From Pseudomonadota bacterium (GTDB taxonomy: Bacteria > Bdellovibrionota > Bdellovibrionia > Bdellovibrionales > SG-bin7), in NCBI GenBank assembly GCA_034439715.1, contig JAWXAY010000052.1:1-58404 (forward strand): DNA of 58,404 bases, read 5' to 3'. A program made the position numbers and the translations under genes. Positions 30,315-39,096 of the stretch are shown in pieces. Position 1 is the stretch's first letter, and each line of letters opens with the position of its first letter. The notes beneath the pieces are model-generated. The model had not been told where the DNA came from. It searched no databases and saw nothing but the letters and a program-made list of their open reading frames with translations.

Positions 30315-31511
30315 TTGGCATCGTACAAATTTGAAGCAAAGACAACAGCTGGCAAAACCGTAAGCGGTACGATAAAGGCAAAAAATGAAACCGATGCCAG
30401 AGTCAGGCTCAGAGCTGAACAGCTTGAGCCACTAAGAATAGTTCCAGTATTGGCCGCAGGAGATAAAGGTACAGGACCCGTACCATTAAAGGACCTACAG
30501 GTTTTTACGAGACAGTTTGCGACTCTGGTGTCGTCGGGAATTCAAATCGTACAATGCTTGGAGATGCTTTCGAATTCCTCTTCGTGTCTGCCACTTAAGG
30601 CAGTTTTAAACCAAGTCATTGAAGATGTGAATAAAGGAAAAACATTGGCCGCTTCGCTCGATGAGCATCCGAAGGCGTTTGATAAACTCTACCGTAACCT
30701 AATCCGTACCGGCGAAGAAAGTGGTGTACTTGAAGTGGTCCTTGGGCGATTGGCAATATATATAGAAAAAACGGTAAAACTTCGGGGCAAGCTGAAAAGT
30801 GCCATGATGTATCCGGTTGTTATTATAGTTGTGGCAGTTGCCGTAATTACCGGAATCATGGTTTTCGTGATTCCGAAATTTAAAGAGATGTTTAGTTCAA
30901 AAGGTAAAGATCTGCCTGAGTTAACTCAAATGGTAATTAATTTGAGCGAAGGATTTCTTTCATATTGGTGGTTAATTATATTCGTCGGTGCACTTATCTG
31001 GGTGACATTTATTCAATATATAAATACGTCCAATGGCCGCAAGGTCTTCGATCATTTTAGCTTAAGAATTCCGATATTGGGGAGTATTATTCAAAAGGGT
31101 TGCATAGCCAGATTCTCCAGAACGCTTTCAACTCTCCTGGCGTCCGGTATTCCCGTAGTCGAAGCTTTAGATGTTTCAGCGAAGGTGGTAAATAATAATG
31201 ACATCGAAGTTGCCATAATGGAGTCCAAAGAATCTATATTGAAGGGAAGGTCAATTGCCGAACCTCTCATCAAACATCCGATCATTCCGAATATGGTTTC
31301 GCAGATGATTTCTATCGGCGAACAGACAGGGTCGATGGATTCGATGCTTGCGAAAGTTGCGGATTTTTATGAAGAAGAAGTGGATGTCTCAGTGGCAGGG
31401 CTTTCTACTCTTATTGAACCGATATTAATGGTGGTATTAGGGGTGATCATTGCCGTCTTAGTGATTGCGATGTACTTGCCTATTTTTAGCATGGCTGACA
31501 CATTTGGGTGA
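30315..31511 (+). CDS. pilC: Type IV pilus inner-membrane platform protein
   Basis: FTRQFATL, GEESG, AMMYP, GEQTG, EP..M..LG, MYLPIF. Confidence 0.93.
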   Translation: MASYKFEAKTTAGKTVSGTIKAKNETDARVRLRAEQLEPLRIVPVLAAGDKGTGPVPLKDLQVFTRQFATLVSSGIQIVQCLEMLSNSSSCLPLKAVLNQVIEDVNKGKTLAASLDEHPKAFDKLYRNLIRTGEESGVLEVVLGRLAIYIEKTVKLRGKLKSAMMYPVVIIVVAVAVITGIMVFVIPKFKEMFSSKGKDLPELTQMVINLSEGFLSYWWLIIFVGALIWVTFIQYINTSNGRKVFDHFSLRIPILGSIIQKGCIARFSRTLSTLLASGIPVVEALDVSAKVVNNNDIEVAIMESKESILKGRSIAEPLIKHPIIPNMVSQMISIGEQTGSMDSMLAKVADFYEEEVDVSVAGLSTLIEPILMVVLGVIIAVLVIAMYLPIFSMADTFG

Positions 31512-33265
31512 TAATGGGAATTTTTGACAGGACCATTGAAAAAAGCAAATTTTCGCTTGATGTGACGTCGAGATTCGGCCAGGTATTGGTTGTTGAATCT
31601 ATTCGAGTGGTGTTTCTTAGCGCAATATTGTTGATAACTGTTGCTCTAAACGTTCACCAACCTCATTTTGTCAATTTTGACTTATTGAGTTCCGTGTACG
31701 GAATTCTAGCTGTTGGCTTTCTAGTTCACTTTGTGTACATTTTATTTTTTGAATACACTTTTAAGTTTTGGTTTGTTAGCGGAGGGATTTTTGCCTTAGA
31801 CACTTTGTTGTACACATCAATTGTGTACAACACAGGAGTTAGTCAGTCGATTTTTTTATTTTTATTTTTGGTGAATATCGTGTTGTGTGGGTTTATTTTT
31901 CGCACACGTGGTGCTTTGCTCTTAGCACTTTGGACTTCGATTTTTTTTAGTATCCTTATACTTACAGGTCGTGAAGAGTTAGGGCAAAGAGTAATCTATA
32001 TATTGGGTCTTAATAACCTTGCGTTTTTGAGTGTGGCGCTTCTTTCGGGTGTATTAAGCGATCAGATTAATTTTATGGGAATTGAGCTCAAAGAAAAGGG
32101 GCGAAGCCTAAAGATATTAGAAGACTATAACAAACTGGTTGTAGAGAATATTTCAACAGGACTTTTGACGGTTAACTTGAGCGGTGATATTCTTCATCAC
32201 AATCCTTTGTTATTAGTCCTTTTGAATCGTAGAGAAGACGTGCTGGGTAAAAATATTACAACTCTCTTTCCCCACTTTTCGGAATACATCAGGCCCAATC
32301 AAAAGGGGGAGCCACTAATTCGCGAGAATCTATTACCTCGGCGCCGAATCTTGCATATCAAGGACAATCTTAGTGAGCCGAGAGTATTTGAACTCATCAG
32401 TTCTTCATTGAGGAATACCATGGGTGAGAGCTTTGGTTTTATCTTATTGGTGCAAGACTTAACAGAGATAAGTCGACTCGAAAAAGACGTCAGGCAGGCT
32501 GAAAAAATGGCTGCCATCGGCCAGTTGGCAGCAGGCATAGCACATGAAATTAGAAATCCTTTAGCGAGTATCAGTGGCAGTGTGGAGCTGTTATTTTCAA
32601 TGCTTGAACAGCAGACCTCTGATGAGCGAAAGCTAATGGCAATTGTAATGAAAGAAATTAAGAGGCTCAATGGTCTAATTACAGAATTCTTAGATTTTGT
32701 ACGTCCGGATGCTCCTTTGGACAGAGCGGTTAATCTCAATGACGTTATTCAAAGTGTTATAGATCTGGTGCAAATGAATTCTCAAGTTAGTAAAGGTACA
32801 ATTAAATCACAGTTGGAATTAAAGGCAAAAAAAACAATTTTAGGAAATTACGACAAACTAAAACAGGCCTTTCTAAATGTCATTATTAACGGATACGAAG
32901 CAATGGAAGAAAAAACCGAAGGGCGACTCTATGTGACCACATTCGACCGGGGCGACTCCGTGGAGGTTCACATTCGAGACGAAGGCATGGGAATGAGTGA
33001 ATCTTCTAAGTCCAAAATGTTTGAGCCATTTCATACAACAAAAAAGCGTGGCACAGGACTGGGATTGGCAGTAACCCACAAAATTTTAGAAATGCATAGT
33101 GCCAAAGTTCGCGTTGAGAGTGAATTGGATAGGGGCACAGTATTTATTATGGAGTTTCCGGCTAATCATCAAATGATGGCTCAGACAAGTACCATTGATA
33201 ATAAATTAAAAATAGAAAACCAAGTTGAAAGCAATATTGCAAAGAAGAAAGTAAAAGGGGTTTAA
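31508..33265 (+). CDS. pilS: Sensor histidine kinase PilS-like (TM helices, PAS, HisKA, HATPase)
   Basis: AHEIRNPL H-box, N box, DEGMG, FEPFHTTK, GTGLGL; synteny with pilBTC. Confidence 0.85.
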   Translation: MIMGIFDRTIEKSKFSLDVTSRFGQVLVVESIRVVFLSAILLITVALNVHQPHFVNFDLLSSVYGILAVGFLVHFVYILFFEYTFKFWFVSGGIFALDTLLYTSIVYNTGVSQSIFLFLFLVNIVLCGFIFRTRGALLLALWTSIFFSILILTGREELGQRVIYILGLNNLAFLSVALLSGVLSDQINFMGIELKEKGRSLKILEDYNKLVVENISTGLLTVNLSGDILHHNPLLLVLLNRREDVLGKNITTLFPHFSEYIRPNQKGEPLIRENLLPRRRILHIKDNLSEPRVFELISSSLRNTMGESFGFILLVQDLTEISRLEKDVRQAEKMAAIGQLAAGIAHEIRNPLASISGSVELLFSMLEQQTSDERKLMAIVMKEIKRLNGLITEFLDFVRPDAPLDRAVNLNDVIQSVIDLVQMNSQVSKGTIKSQLELKAKKTILGNYDKLKQAFLNVIINGYEAMEEKTEGRLYVTTFDRGDSVEVHIRDEGMGMSESSKSKMFEPFHTTKKRGTGLGLAVTHKILEMHSAKVRVESELDRGTVFIMEFPANHQMMAQTSTIDNKLKIENQVESNIAKKKVKGV

Positions 33266-33267
33266 AT

Positions 33268-34674
33268 ATGAAGTCTAAATTATTGGTAGTAGATGACGAA
33301 GAGTCCATACGTGAGTTTCTCGAGATTATGTTAAAAAAAGAGGGATACCAAGTGACTCTTGCCGAAGATGGGCAACAAGCCATCGATCTTTTAAAAGGCA
33401 AAAGCTTTGACATGATTATTTCAGATATGCAGATGCCTCGCGTGACCGGCATCGAGCTTTTAAAGCACGTTAAGGACAACCATCCTGAGATTGTTTTTAT
33501 GATGATCACTGCTTTTGGTACAACTGAATCGGCTGTTGATGCGATGAAAATGGGAGCCTATGACTACATAACCAAGCCCTTTAAAATCGACGAAGTCCGC
33601 ATAAATATTTCTAATGCGTTAAGATCTCAAAATTTAGAAGTTGAAAACCGAGTTCTTAAAAAAGAAATGGAGAAAGAGTATAGTTTTCAAAATTTAGTGG
33701 GTAACTCCGAGGCCATGCATCGTATCTATGACCTCGTAAAGAGAGTTTCTTCCGCTCCGACAAATATCTTAATTACCGGAGAAAGTGGTACGGGTAAGGA
33801 AATGGTGGCAAAAGCCATTCATTTTAATGGCCCGTTAAAAACGAGACCATTTGTCACTATCAATTGTGGTGCCATTCCAGAAGCCCTGATGGAATCAGAA
33901 ATGTTTGGACACAAAAAGGGCTCCTTTACGGGTGCGATCGCCGATAAAGCGGGACTATTTGAAGTAGCTTCTGGAGGCACTTTGTTTTTAGATGAAGTGG
34001 GTGAATTACCGCTTTCGATTCAGGTTAAGCTCTTGCGATCTATTCAAGAGCGCGTAATTAGGCGAGTGGGTGGCATCGAGGATATTAAAGTTGAAGTTCG
34101 AATTATAGCGGCGACCAATAAGGACCTTGATGAAGGAGTAAGATTAAGTACTTTTCGGCAAGATCTCTACTACCGACTAAACGTTATTAATATTAAGACC
34201 CCATCTTTAAGAGAACGACGCGAGGATATTCCAACTTTGGCACATCACTTTCTTAAAAAGTATTGTGATAAATTAGGTAAGGTGGTTCATGGTATTTCTC
34301 ATGAAGCCATGGAGATATTAAAAAAATATGATTATCCTGGAAATGTCAGAGAGTTAGAAAATCTTTTAGAGAGGACAGTGGCACTTGAGGCGGGAGCTGA
34401 GGTTTTGCCTGAAAGTCTGCCACCGTATGTAAACACGCCTTCGGGACGCAAAATGGCTTCAAGTCACGAAATAGAAGTCACCGAAGAAGGTCTCGATCTC
34501 GATAAGGTTATGGGCCAAATTGAAAAAGAATTATTGGTAAAAGCGATTCACACCGCCGGTGGAATCAAAAAGAAGGGTGCTAAACTTTTAGGTATTACCT
34601 TTCGGTCTATGCGTTACCGAGTTGAGAAATATGGCTTAGGCATCATAACTGATGATGAATTAGACGATGAATAA
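33268..34674 (+). CDS. pilR: Sigma-54-dependent response regulator PilR-like
   Basis: REC, GESGTGKE, ESEMFGHKKGSFTGA, PGNVREL, Fis-type HTH. Confidence 0.88.
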   Translation: MKSKLLVVDDEESIREFLEIMLKKEGYQVTLAEDGQQAIDLLKGKSFDMIISDMQMPRVTGIELLKHVKDNHPEIVFMMITAFGTTESAVDAMKMGAYDYITKPFKIDEVRINISNALRSQNLEVENRVLKKEMEKEYSFQNLVGNSEAMHRIYDLVKRVSSAPTNILITGESGTGKEMVAKAIHFNGPLKTRPFVTINCGAIPEALMESEMFGHKKGSFTGAIADKAGLFEVASGGTLFLDEVGELPLSIQVKLLRSIQERVIRRVGGIEDIKVEVRIIAATNKDLDEGVRLSTFRQDLYYRLNVINIKTPSLRERREDIPTLAHHFLKKYCDKLGKVVHGISHEAMEILKKYDYPGNVRELENLLERTVALEAGAEVLPESLPPYVNTPSGRKMASSHEIEVTEEGLDLDKVMGQIEKELLVKAIHTAGGIKKKGAKLLGITFRSMRYRVEKYGLGIITDDELDDE

Positions 34675-34696
34675 CTTGCATTTTCATTTAACTTTG

Positions 34697-36379
34697 CTAA
34701 AAATTGTGGCTTAAGAATTGACCACGTAGCTCAGTTGGATAGAGCACTAGTTTCCTAAACTGGGGGTCGCAGGTTCGATCCCTGCCGTGGTCACCAATTG
34801 CAACAGAATTCGAACCATGACCCGTAAAAAAATGTGGGGCACGGTTTTTACCCGTGCCCACATAGTAAAATAAGTTAATTTTGTCCTCATGCAGTTCCAC
34901 TTTGTGCAGTAAATTTTGAAGGACGCGAACCCTGGTTTCAGCGCTTTCGCGCTCTGACAGAGCTTTGAGGCCCTTTAGAAAGCTTGTGTAGCCCTTAAAT
35001 TCATTCGGTAAATCTTGGGCTTGATTAGACTCCATAAAGTGCCGCTGATCATGTAGTGCATCTTTATCGTGTTCTAATTTTTGTATCTGACGATAAAATA
35101 AATCAGCCGATACGTCCTTTGGCAAATCACTAATTCGATCGATCAGATTATCCATTTTTTCTTGAACAGTACGCAATCGTTTCTCGATTTGCTTAAGCTC
35201 AAAGCTTTTGTCGATTTTCTTAAAATTTCGGTGAGCGATATCAATTAAATTTCTCGCCATTTTAGGATCAGTTAAAAGTTTCTTTATCTCGGCCCACACC
35301 ATGTCTTCCAGTTTTTTACCTGGAAATCTATGCCGAATACATTTTTTCACCTCACCCAACACAGTTTGGTGTTTAGAGACTGTTCCGTGCTCGTAATAAG
35401 GCACCTTGCCGCCGTTACCCGTGGCCGACTTACCCCAAAGTGACCCACCACACTCACCGCAATAAACAAGGCCCGTGAGTAAATACGGGTAACGGTTGTA
35501 TTGGCTCCTTCGATTCCGCCGATAATTTTTACCCAGAATTTCACGAGCCCGTTTAAAAGTTTCCTCATCGATAATCCCATCCCAAACGGCTTTGGTGTCG
35601 ATCTCATTGTCGTCTTTATCTTGGTAGGTTTTTAAGCCCAAATAAGCACGATTTCTTAAAATTCTGTACACGCCATCGAAAGTGAAAAACCCCAAACGTT
35701 TATTGCTGCCCCCACCTTCACATTCCTTTTTAATTACAAAACCACGGCTATTTAAAACTTTGGCGGTTTTTGACAAAGTTCTTTCTTTTAGAAATGTTTG
35801 AAAACATTCTTTCACCAAAGCTGCACCATCAGGATCAACTTCTAAATATCCGCGCTTACCAGCCATTAGCCTGTAACCCAGCGGCACACGACCGCCATTA
35901 TATAACCCACGCTGAGAGCGGGCTAAAATTGCAGCTTTAATCCGCTGTACAGTTTGCTTTCGCTCAAACTGCGCCATATTCACTAAATTAAACATCAGCA
36001 TTTCACCAGCGGGACTTGTGGTATCGAACGATTCATTCAGACTCTGGAACGCGCATTTTAGTTTTTGCATCAGATCCCAAATATCTGAAAAGTCTTTTAT
36101 TGACCTAGATAACCTTGAAAGTTCTGTCACCATCACAAGATTTACTTTTTTGCTTTTAATGTCGCCGAGTAACCGTTGCAGCTCAGGCCTATTGGTATCT
36201 TTACCGGATCTTGCTCGGTCAACATAAACGCCTGCGACCTCATATTGACGGCCCTCTTCATTTTTATGATTAACCCAGCGCTTCAAGCGCTCCTCTTGGT
36301 TTTTGATGGACCCCTCAGGGTTATCAGCTTGTTCTTCTGTTGATACTCTGATGTAAAAGCCCACTTTAAATTTCGACAT
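34697..36379 (-). CDS. Large serine recombinase (integrated-state form, 560 aa; C-terminal tail runs antisense through the tRNA)
   Basis: YIRVST catalytic motif, SGKDTNRPELQRLL, LSRLSRS, AQFER, recombinase domain (PLGY; ILRNRAYLG), zinc ribbon LLTGLVYCGECG, coiled coil. Confidence 0.95.
   Translation of the reverse strand: MSKFKVGFYIRVSTEEQADNPEGSIKNQEERLKRWVNHKNEEGRQYEVAGVYVDRARSGKDTNRPELQRLLGDIKSKKVNLVMVTELSRLSRSIKDFSDIWDLMQKLKCAFQSLNESFDTTSPAGEMLMFNLVNMAQFERKQTVQRIKAAILARSQRGLYNGGRVPLGYRLMAGKRGYLEVDPDGAALVKECFQTFLKERTLSKTAKVLNSRGFVIKKECEGGGSNKRLGFFTFDGVYRILRNRAYLGLKTYQDKDDNEIDTKAVWDGIIDEETFKRAREILGKNYRRNRRSQYNRYPYLLTGLVYCGECGGSLWGKSATGNGGKVPYYEHGTVSKHQTVLGEVKKCIRHRFPGKKLEDMVWAEIKKLLTDPKMARNLIDIAHRNFKKIDKSFELKQIEKRLRTVQEKMDNLIDRISDLPKDVSADLFYRQIQKLEHDKDALHDQRHFMESNQAQDLPNEFKGYTSFLKGLKALSERESAETRVRVLQNLLHKVELHEDKINLFYYVGTGKNRAPHFFTGHGSNSVAIGDHGRDRTCDPQFRKLVLYPTELRGQFLSHNF
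34720..34796 (+). tRNA. tRNA-Arg (anticodon CCT)
   Basis: Full cloverleaf: GACCACG/CGTGGTC acceptor, GCTC/GAGC D arm, CTAGT-TTCCTAA-ACTGG anticodon arm, GCAGG-TTCGATC-CCTGC T arm, A-CCA end. Confidence 0.97.
34772..34819. other. attL-type junction (tRNA half + element half)
   Basis: Core TCACCAATT 34791-34799; GGTTCGA (tRNA T loop) on the left and TCGAACCATG on the right. Confidence 0.8.
34826..34863 (-). terminator. Intrinsic-terminator-like hairpin inside the LSR ORF
   Basis: Minus strand ATGTG-GGCACGG...CCGTGCC-C-CACAT followed by a T run (A7 at 34826-34832 on the plus strand). Confidence 0.6.
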
Positions 36380-36381
36380 AA

Positions 36382-36570
36382 CTATGCCGCCCTTTCTGTT
36401 TTGGTTGAAAGGCTCGAGTTATTTAATCTATCCGCGGGATTTACTTTTTTGAACTGGCAAAAGTATTTATATAAAATTCGCGCGATGATCTCAAGCCTTT
36501 CATCATATTCGTTTGCGTTAACTTCAATTTTATAAATTTCTATTTTTTCTACTTTAAATTTTTTTGGCAT
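36382..36570 (-). CDS. Small protein directly upstream of the LSR
   Basis: 62 aa; AGAGGAG RBS; stop codon 2 bp before the LSR ATG. Confidence 0.7.
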   Translation of the reverse strand: MPKKFKVEKIEIYKIEVNANEYDERLEIIARILYKYFCQFKKVNPADRLNNSSLSTKTERAA

Positions 36571-36611
36571 ATTCGTTTTCTCCTCTACAAGTTTCGATTT
36601 CAGGTTCCGGT

Positions 36612-36821
36612 CCTATTAAGTCACAGTTCGCCGTTTTTAATTTTCTTCATAAGTTATAGTTTTGATTTATATTTTCTAAATTGCGTTTGTTCAGTAACTC
36701 CTCTTGTGTGTGATAAAGTTATACCTATGTTGGTAGGGTAGTTATATCTTGGTTGGTACGGTGGTTCTTGGGGTGGGTAATAGGTTTTGTGATCAAGCCC
36801 CGCGTGGCCCTATTAAGTCAC
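36612..36821. repeat. 13-bp direct repeat CCTATTAAGTCAC x2
   Basis: Exact copies at 36612-36624 and 36809-36821 upstream of the LSR operon. Confidence 0.75.
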
Positions 36822-36998
36822 GTCGGGAAGTTCGATCAAGTATTTTTAAGTTTATGATTTCATTTGTGATTGTCGACGCTGCAATTATTCAGCAATTCGT
36901 AAGATTCGGAGAGTATTGTGGGCATATTGCTACAATATTGCGGTCACATTGCTACGTTGTTCTTGCTACCGGCCAGGGCATTGAAGAACTGAACTAAA

Positions 36999-37310
36999 TT
37001 ACGCCACATCAATTTTAAAATGCGCATTGGGAAAAAGCTCACTTAAATATTTCACTAAGCGATCAAGCGTGAACTCTTCGATGTTGTAATTTAACACTTT
37101 ACTCATCAAAGCTTCATCAATGCCAATTTTTTTTGCCAACTCTTTTTGGCTAATGGCATTTTCGTTTTTATAAACAACGAACCTCTCACAAAGTTTGTAT
37201 TTCATTTCATCAACAGGGCTTGCGTCTTTCGGCAGAAGTCTAGCGGCTTGTCCGTGATCTAGTCTTTTTCTGACCTCATCCAATTTTTCTTTCGACGGAA
37301 ATTTTGCCAT
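36999..37310 (-). CDS. XRE-family HTH protein (antitoxin-like)
   Basis: SQKELAKKIGIDEALMSKVL HTH, FTLDRLV; downstream of a toxin-sized ORF. Confidence 0.85.
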   Translation of the reverse strand: MAKFPSKEKLDEVRKRLDHGQAARLLPKDASPVDEMKYKLCERFVVYKNENAISQKELAKKIGIDEALMSKVLNYNIEEFTLDRLVKYLSELFPNAHFKIDVA

Positions 37311-37316
37311 AAATTT

Positions 37317-37612
37317 TTACCTCTTAACTCTAAACGCGTTAATCACACCTAAAAAATCATCCGTAATACAAATAAGCAGCACGAGTCGATAGGGTTTATC
37401 GTCGTGATAGACAGGCTCAACCCTAAAGTAACGGAACTCACCATCGATCTCTTCAACCGGGAAACTGCCACCATCTAGTTCTTTACAAGCTCTAGGATAA
37501 TCTCGTCGGTTAAGTCGGGGTGTTTGATCTTATAATGCTGATCAATGATTACCCGGTTTACGTCCTGCCTATTAACAACCAACTGAAGTTTATACTCAGG
37601 CCGCTCACCTAT
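37317..37612 (-). pseudogene. Disrupted toxin-like partner of the XRE protein
   Basis: Frame A (ATA)GERPEYKLQL...IIDQHYKIKHPDLTDEIILELVK continues after a 1-bp frameshift near 37483 as ELDGGSFPVEE...KPYRLVLLICITDDFLGVINAFRVKR*; start appears as ATA. Confidence 0.65.
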
Positions 37613-38097
37613 GCAATGAGTCTATCATTAAATTGACGAATTTGTCAATTTAGAAGTTAAACCTATTCCTTGGGTCTTTTTTGCCAGTCCAAAAGGTCAC
37701 AATCTTTGGCAATTTAACGCCCAAGGTTTTCACCTCGCGTTTAGGGGCGAAAAAAATTATTCCCCTCATAATAGTCAAAACAATAAGTCCCAGATTCGTC
37801 ATATCGCATTTGAGTAATTTACCAACTAAAATGATAGTTCAAAAATAGTGAGTATGTTTCATCGCTTATAAGAATAAAAAATTTATTTTCAGTACGAGTT
37901 TTCGCGGGAGTTTTTTAGTAATATTTAATTACTGCTATCACCACTCAGCGCCTTCATGAACAACAAATAAATTAGAAAAGCCAGCATGTCGCAAATCATC
38001 TTGGCTAGATGCGCACGACAGACGAGTGTTTGGTAGCGCGGAAGAAGAATATTGTGGCCAGACTGAATTTCCATCTGACCATCTTTGCGAACCGATA

Positions 38098-38982
38098 TTA
38101 TTTCTTGAGGAGATTTTGAATATTCCTCATACAAAAGTTTCTGCTTTCGTTTAAGTCCATTTTTTTTAGGTTACACCAATCTCTAAATGAAAAGCTCACG
38201 TTAGACTCGCTGCCAACGGCCACCCAGCTTGCCTCTCTATAGGCTTCGTTCAGCGCCTCCCAAGCCTGCAATGCAGGTCCAATGTCCGTGATCGGGCCAT
38301 TACAATTTTTAAAAAAGAGATCTTGAGCATCATTAATTTTCTTTTCGATAGGAGCTTTCGCTTGTTCTTCTCTCTTAATGGACGAGAACGTTTGATAATT
38401 TCCAAATCCATATTTGGATACTTTACTGCTGAAAGCCATTTCTTCTAAATCGCCTACTGCAGTCAAAACCCGCTTCAACCCTCGAACACTTGCGGGCGGA
38501 ATTAAATCTTCAGTTTTGCGTTCCTTATTTAGTAGTAGCCGTCTGCCCTGAACGAGTTCGTGAAGAATTAGCTGGTCCTTAGCTACAACTTTAAATTTTG
38601 CTTCTTCAATAAAAATATCATTATCATCCTGACAAGCGCCAGCTGCTGTTTCAACTTGAATATGGCTTTTTGGATCCTCGCAAAGAATTTCGAAAGGTAC
38701 CAAGTGCCATGTCTTTTCTGCGAGAGGTACGCGGAGATCTTTTGCCAACTCTGGCAATTTTTGTTCAATTTGAATTAGTATTTCCTCTACAGATTTAAAA
38801 AAGCCTTCTTTTTCTGGATGGATTATTTTTCCCTGCTCCAGATCATCTATCAAAATCCAGTGACCGTTTACCTTGCCGTAGAAACCGCCACCAGGACCAG
38901 TTCCTCCCGCGAAGGCAAAATGGGGCGCCACTGTCAAAGTGATCGCCAGAAAGATTTGTTTCAAATTCAATAAGGCTTTCAT
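38098..38982 (-). CDS. Secreted hypothetical protein (AFA-GGTGPGGG N-terminus)
   Basis: Signal peptide, Gly-rich motif after the cleavage site, LILHELVQ (HExxH-like but lacking the second His); GGAG RBS. Confidence 0.75.
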   Translation of the reverse strand: MKALLNLKQIFLAITLTVAPHFAFAGGTGPGGGFYGKVNGHWILIDDLEQGKIIHPEKEGFFKSVEEILIQIEQKLPELAKDLRVPLAEKTWHLVPFEILCEDPKSHIQVETAAGACQDDNDIFIEEAKFKVVAKDQLILHELVQGRRLLLNKERKTEDLIPPASVRGLKRVLTAVGDLEEMAFSSKVSKYGFGNYQTFSSIKREEQAKAPIEKKINDAQDLFFKNCNGPITDIGPALQAWEALNEAYREASWVAVGSESNVSFSFRDWCNLKKMDLNESRNFCMRNIQNLLKK

Positions 38983-39003
38983 AAAAACTCCTAAGTTATG
39001 TTA

Positions 39004-39019
39004 TTCAATCCGTATGCCA
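39004..39019 (-). promoter_or_regulatory. Possible sigma-54 promoter variant
   Basis: Minus strand TGGCATACGGATTGAA (GG-N10-GA instead of GC). Confidence 0.4.
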
Positions 39020-39096
39020 ATATAGCGCGATGCGCTAAATGTTTCTAGATCTATTTGGTATAAAGATAAACGAATTTTTTACCGATTAGTAAAACA

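Noticed and set aside
10423..34858. Shared GGCACGG/CCGTGCC stem between the 10.4-kb hairpin and the LSR-internal hairpin
   Set aside because: Only 7 bp in common with different loops and flanks; probably coincidence.
36749..36997. 82-aa plus-strand ORF in the island
   Set aside because: TTG start, no RBS, overlaps a repeat-rich region on the strand opposite to its neighbours.
37925..38134. 69-aa minus-strand ORF after the secreted cargo gene
   Set aside because: Overlaps the upstream gene and has no recognisable motif; support is insufficient.
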